Assembly: GCA_965248535.1 (NCBI GenBank)
Contig: CBDFJR010000005.1
Location: 2,272,001 to 2,336,000 of the forward strand
DNA: 64,000 nucleotides
Reading direction: 5' to 3'
DNA from: Phormidesmis sp.
GTDB taxonomy: Bacteria; Cyanobacteriota; Cyanobacteriia; Leptolyngbyales; Leptolyngbyaceae
Shown: in pieces, positions 61,129-64,000 of the stretch
How positions within the stretch are numbered: position 1 is the stretch's first letter
How the letters are laid out: every line of letters starts with the position of its first letter
Notes under the pieces: generated by a model
What the model saw: only the letters and a program-made list of their open reading frames with translations
Told to the model about the DNA's origin: nothing
The model's database searches: none
Made by a program: the position numbers and the translations under genes

Positions 61129-62259
61129 ATGGCAACTCCAACACAAATTAAACGGTTCTTAGAAAACTGGCAAGACGAGATTGAAAGTGCCTATCTTTAT
61201 CGCTCGCTCGCCAAGGCAGAGCCTCAACCATCGCTTGCCGAGGTATATCGTCGTCTAGCCCAGACCGAAGAAGATCATGCTCACATTTGGGAAGATAAGT
61301 TGACCGAAGCTGGGCACTCTGTTCCTAAGCGCAAGATTGGATGGCGCACTCGGATGTTAGTCATTCTTGCGAGACAATTTGGCGCTCAGTTTGTTCTACC
61401 AACCGTTAATGCCATGGAGCAAGTAGATAGCCATGCTTACGATCAACAGCCAGAGGCACAAAACACATCTCTAGCCAGTGAAGAACGATCCCATGCGCGA
61501 CTATTACAAACCATCACTAATGCCTCAAATACTGGGTTAGAAGGAAGCGTCGTCGCTCAAATGGAGGGGCGGCACCGGAGCGCAGGCGGAAATACACTAC
61601 GAGCCGCCGTTTTAGGTGCAAACGATGGATTACTCTCAAATCTAAGTTTAATCATGGGAGTAGCTGGAGCAAACATCTCTGAGCGATCGATCCTGCTGAC
61701 AGGCTTTGCGGGTCTGATAGCTGGAGCCTGTTCGATGGCACTAGGAGAATGGCTATCGGTGCAGAGTGCGCGGGAGTTGTTTGAGCGACAAATTAAAATC
61801 GAGCGACAAGAGTTAGAGGATGCACCAGAGGCAGAAGAAGAAGAACTAGCGCTAATCTATGAAGCAAAGGGACTGCCCGCTGATCAAGCCCGATCGCTAG
61901 CGGCTCGGATCATCAGCAATCCTAAAACTGCCCTTGACACCTTGGCGCGAGAAGAACTTGGTATTGACCCAGAAGAACTGGGTGGTTCAGCATGGGTGGC
62001 TGCCATTACGTCGTTTTGCTTGTTTGCAGTCGGTGCCATTGTTCCAGTGATCCCTTTTTTGGTTTTACGAGGATGGAATGCTGTGGGCGGCAGCTTATTG
62101 TTGAGTGCGATCGCGCTGTTTCTGATCGGAGCAGGGATTACGTTGCTAACCGGGCGCAGCGTCCTTTACTCTGGTGTTCGGCAAATCGTTTTTGGACTTG
62201 GAGCAGCAGCGATTACCTATGGGGTTGGGCGACTCATAGGGGTATCGATCTCTGGCTAG
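61129..62259 (+). CDS. VIT1/CCC1 iron/manganese exporter with N-terminal ferritin/rubrerythrin-like domain
   Basis: E..S..LY..LA..EEDH and EERSH; LRAAVLGANDGL, SMALGEWLSV. Confidence 0.9.
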   Translation: MATPTQIKRFLENWQDEIESAYLYRSLAKAEPQPSLAEVYRRLAQTEEDHAHIWEDKLTEAGHSVPKRKIGWRTRMLVILARQFGAQFVLPTVNAMEQVDSHAYDQQPEAQNTSLASEERSHARLLQTITNASNTGLEGSVVAQMEGRHRSAGGNTLRAAVLGANDGLLSNLSLIMGVAGANISERSILLTGFAGLIAGACSMALGEWLSVQSARELFERQIKIERQELEDAPEAEEEELALIYEAKGLPADQARSLAARIISNPKTALDTLAREELGIDPEELGGSAWVAAITSFCLFAVGAIVPVIPFLVLRGWNAVGGSLLLSAIALFLIGAGITLLTGRSVLYSGVRQIVFGLGAAAITYGVGRLIGVSISG

Positions 62260-62329
62260 GGCGGTGAGAGCATTTCTAGATGCTAGACCTCCTGCACGAA
62301 TCCTAGAATGCCCCTTGTATCTTAAGAGA

Positions 62330-62442
62330 GCAATTGCGACTGATCGTTCAATCCGACGGGGCACGGCATGCCATGCCCCTACGCTTTTTGTACGGTGCCG
62401 TGCCCTCGTGCGGATCTGTCGCATTCACAAATCAAATTGGTA
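62330..62442. repeat. Second, left-truncated copy of the 42578-42713 MITE
   Basis: Near-identical sequence with a short internal deletion; right TIR present. Confidence 0.85.
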
Positions 62443-62525
62443 TGAGTATCCCGTAGGACGCAAGGTAGAGGAACCTCTGAGACTCCTGCCATCCCCTTCA
62501 TAATATTGGGAGTTGTCTAAGCGTT

Positions 62526-62625
62526 GTGAAGGTGGAATTACGCTTGTCGGCGCAGCGAACGATTCAAATTATGATCCAAGTGTGTGCGGGGTTGCAGTTG
62601 GCGCATAGGGGTGTGATTATTCGGG
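62526..62625 (+). pseudogene. Possible Ser/Thr kinase fragment
   Basis: LSAQRTIQIMIQVCAGLQLAHRGVII resembles the helix before the catalytic loop; next to an FHA gene. Confidence 0.4.
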
Positions 62626-62692
62626 CATCAACTACAAAGGGGCTGATGTTGACTTTTGGGTCATTTGTGTCGATTTGGGTGCCTGAAGGCGA

Positions 62693-63211
62693 TCACACGA
62701 ATTCAACCTTGAGATAAACCAGATGATTTTGACCGAGTTGCACCTCGTCGCCTTGATTGAGGCGATAAGAGGCACCTGGAGTCAATAACTTGCCGTTGAG
62801 ATAACATCCGTTGCGGCTTGTATCGACCAACATATAAGCCGTTTGAGCCTGATCCCAGTAAACGCGAGCATGAGCGCGGGAAACGACAGATTCATTGGGA
62901 ATTCCGGTTAAATCGACATCGGGGGCGGCGCTTCCTCCACCTCGCCCGATCGTAGCGGTTTCCCCAGAGACATAAAACTCTCTGCCGCCCACGAGGGAAA
63001 ATTTCAGCTTCGATCGAAGGGTGTTTTCTCTAACAGGCGACGAGACTGGAGGGGCAGGAATGGGTGTAGGAGGAATGGGTGTAGGAGTGGGTGCAGGGGG
63101 TGGCGGCTCTACTACGGCTCCTAAAACAGTTCCGCACATCGGGCAGACCTTAGCATTGTTGGGCAAGGTTCGATTAAAAAAGGCACAGCTTGGCTCAGGA
63201 CAACGATTCAT
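62693..63211 (-). CDS. FHA domain protein with N-terminal zinc ribbon and Pro-rich linker
   Basis: CPEPSC..CPMC; IGR..VSRAHA..SRNGCYLNG. Confidence 0.88.
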   Translation of the reverse strand: MNRCPEPSCAFFNRTLPNNAKVCPMCGTVLGAVVEPPPPAPTPTPIPPTPIPAPPVSSPVRENTLRSKLKFSLVGGREFYVSGETATIGRGGGSAAPDVDLTGIPNESVVSRAHARVYWDQAQTAYMLVDTSRNGCYLNGKLLTPGASYRLNQGDEVQLGQNHLVYLKVEFV

Positions 63212-63249
63212 TGCGTTTCACCTCAGCGGTTTAGCCAAGGACTAAACCC

Positions 63250-64000
63250 TTAATGGACATCGGGAGACTGGTAGTCAGAAGGAATGGGCTGCAACGGCAC
63301 TAGCCCAGCCTGTTGAAGGAGATATTGCCCTTCCTGAGTCTTGAGCAAGGCAGCAAACCTGGGAGCGGATTTGTTTCCTGGTAGGCTGTTGTTTTTAGGA
63401 TAAGCCACAATCACCGGAGAAACCAAGGGATAGGCACCCGAAACAAATGCTTTGACATAGGGAAGAGGCTTTTTGGCAAGACACAAATCATCGGTGGGTT
63501 TGACCTCAACCAGTTTTCCCTCAGTCGTTTCTCGTAAGCGTGCCTGCACCGGAGCCGCTTGCCCAACCACTAGCGCCAGTGGATAAACTTTACATTGCTC
63601 CCAAGTTTGTACTAACGTTCCAAACCCGATCGTGGCTACTTCGGTTTGCTCACCGGGCGGAATCGCTCGAATGGTGTCTAGGGTCGATCGCTGCGGCACT
63701 TGCTGAAGTTGAGCAATCAGCGCTGGGTCGTCGTGTAAGACTCTATGCTGAAAGAGTTTTAGGGCTTCTGGCTCTGGCGGTCGGTAGGGCTGAATCGCTA
63801 AATCTGGCAGACGAGGATTGATGTCTCGCCAGCGAGTTACTTTACCCGTAAAGATTTTTTGCAGATCTTCTAGGCTAATTTTTCCTTCTAGGATAGCGGG
63901 AAAGTTTTGGGCTTTGTTGGCTGAGACAAACACGAGTAGCCCATCATAGGCCACGATCGCCCGATCGAGGGCTTCGGGTAATGGCTCATCAAGACTCATG
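63250..64000 (-). CDS. C-terminal PstS/PBP-like substrate-binding domain, gene start outside window
   Basis: VAYDGLLVFV, LQKIFTGKVTRW, YPL, EGQYLLQQAGLVPL. Confidence 0.75.
   Translation of the reverse strand, partial: MSLDEPLPEALDRAIVAYDGLLVFVSANKAQNFPAILEGKISLEDLQKIFTGKVTRWRDINPRLPDLAIQPYRPPEPEALKLFQHRVLHDDPALIAQLQQVPQRSTLDTIRAIPPGEQTEVATIGFGTLVQTWEQCKVYPLALVVGQAAPVQARLRETTEGKLVEVKPTDDLCLAKKPLPYVKAFVSGAYPLVSPVIVAYPKNNSLPGNKSAPRFAALLKTQEGQYLLQQAGLVPLQPIPSDYQSPDVH

Noticed and set aside
68..63821. Numerous short antisense or overlapping ORFs in the track
   Set aside because: They are shadows of longer, motif-bearing genes
1..64000. Abundant GCGATCGC/CGATCG palindromes as a novel repeat system
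   Set aside because: This is the well-known cyanobacterial HIP1 sequence

Overview
Cyanobacterial DNA, judged by the very frequent HIP1 octamer GCGATCGC and the gene content. The window is an accessory region scattered with deletion remnants and IS/MITE debris. From left to right: (i) 0-11 kb, redox and iron genes (flavin oxidoreductase, decayed efeUO, exbBD, dps) and an HNH gene. (ii) 11-33 kb, a block bracketed by a ~300-bp direct repeat. It holds a hybrid kinase, four tandem double-glycine precursor peptides, a double cNMP-domain protein, an NHLP-type three-gene peptidase-ABC exporter with no tailoring enzyme, a divergent haem-c/HAMP sensor plus MinD-like ATPase, and NarL-type two-component genes. 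(iii) 33-39.5 kb, a frameshifted orphan hcp with a TnpB (IS200/IS605) element inserted just upstream, then a multi-PAS kinase. (iv) 39.8-55 kb, a metal island with a cobalamin riboswitch-cbtB unit, coaR/coaT and a copper cluster whose P1B-ATPase is frameshifted. (v) 55-64 kb, GST, an IS4 remnant, two FAD oxidoreductases, a VIT1/CCC1 protein and FHA/PBP genes. The best candidate for an undescribed system is the tandem GG-peptide export locus: its 50-aa acidic, Cys-free, beta-patterned cores look more like secreted structural (amyloid/matrix) or signalling subunits than bacteriocins. All calls come from reading the sequence and recognising motifs; no database searches were run.
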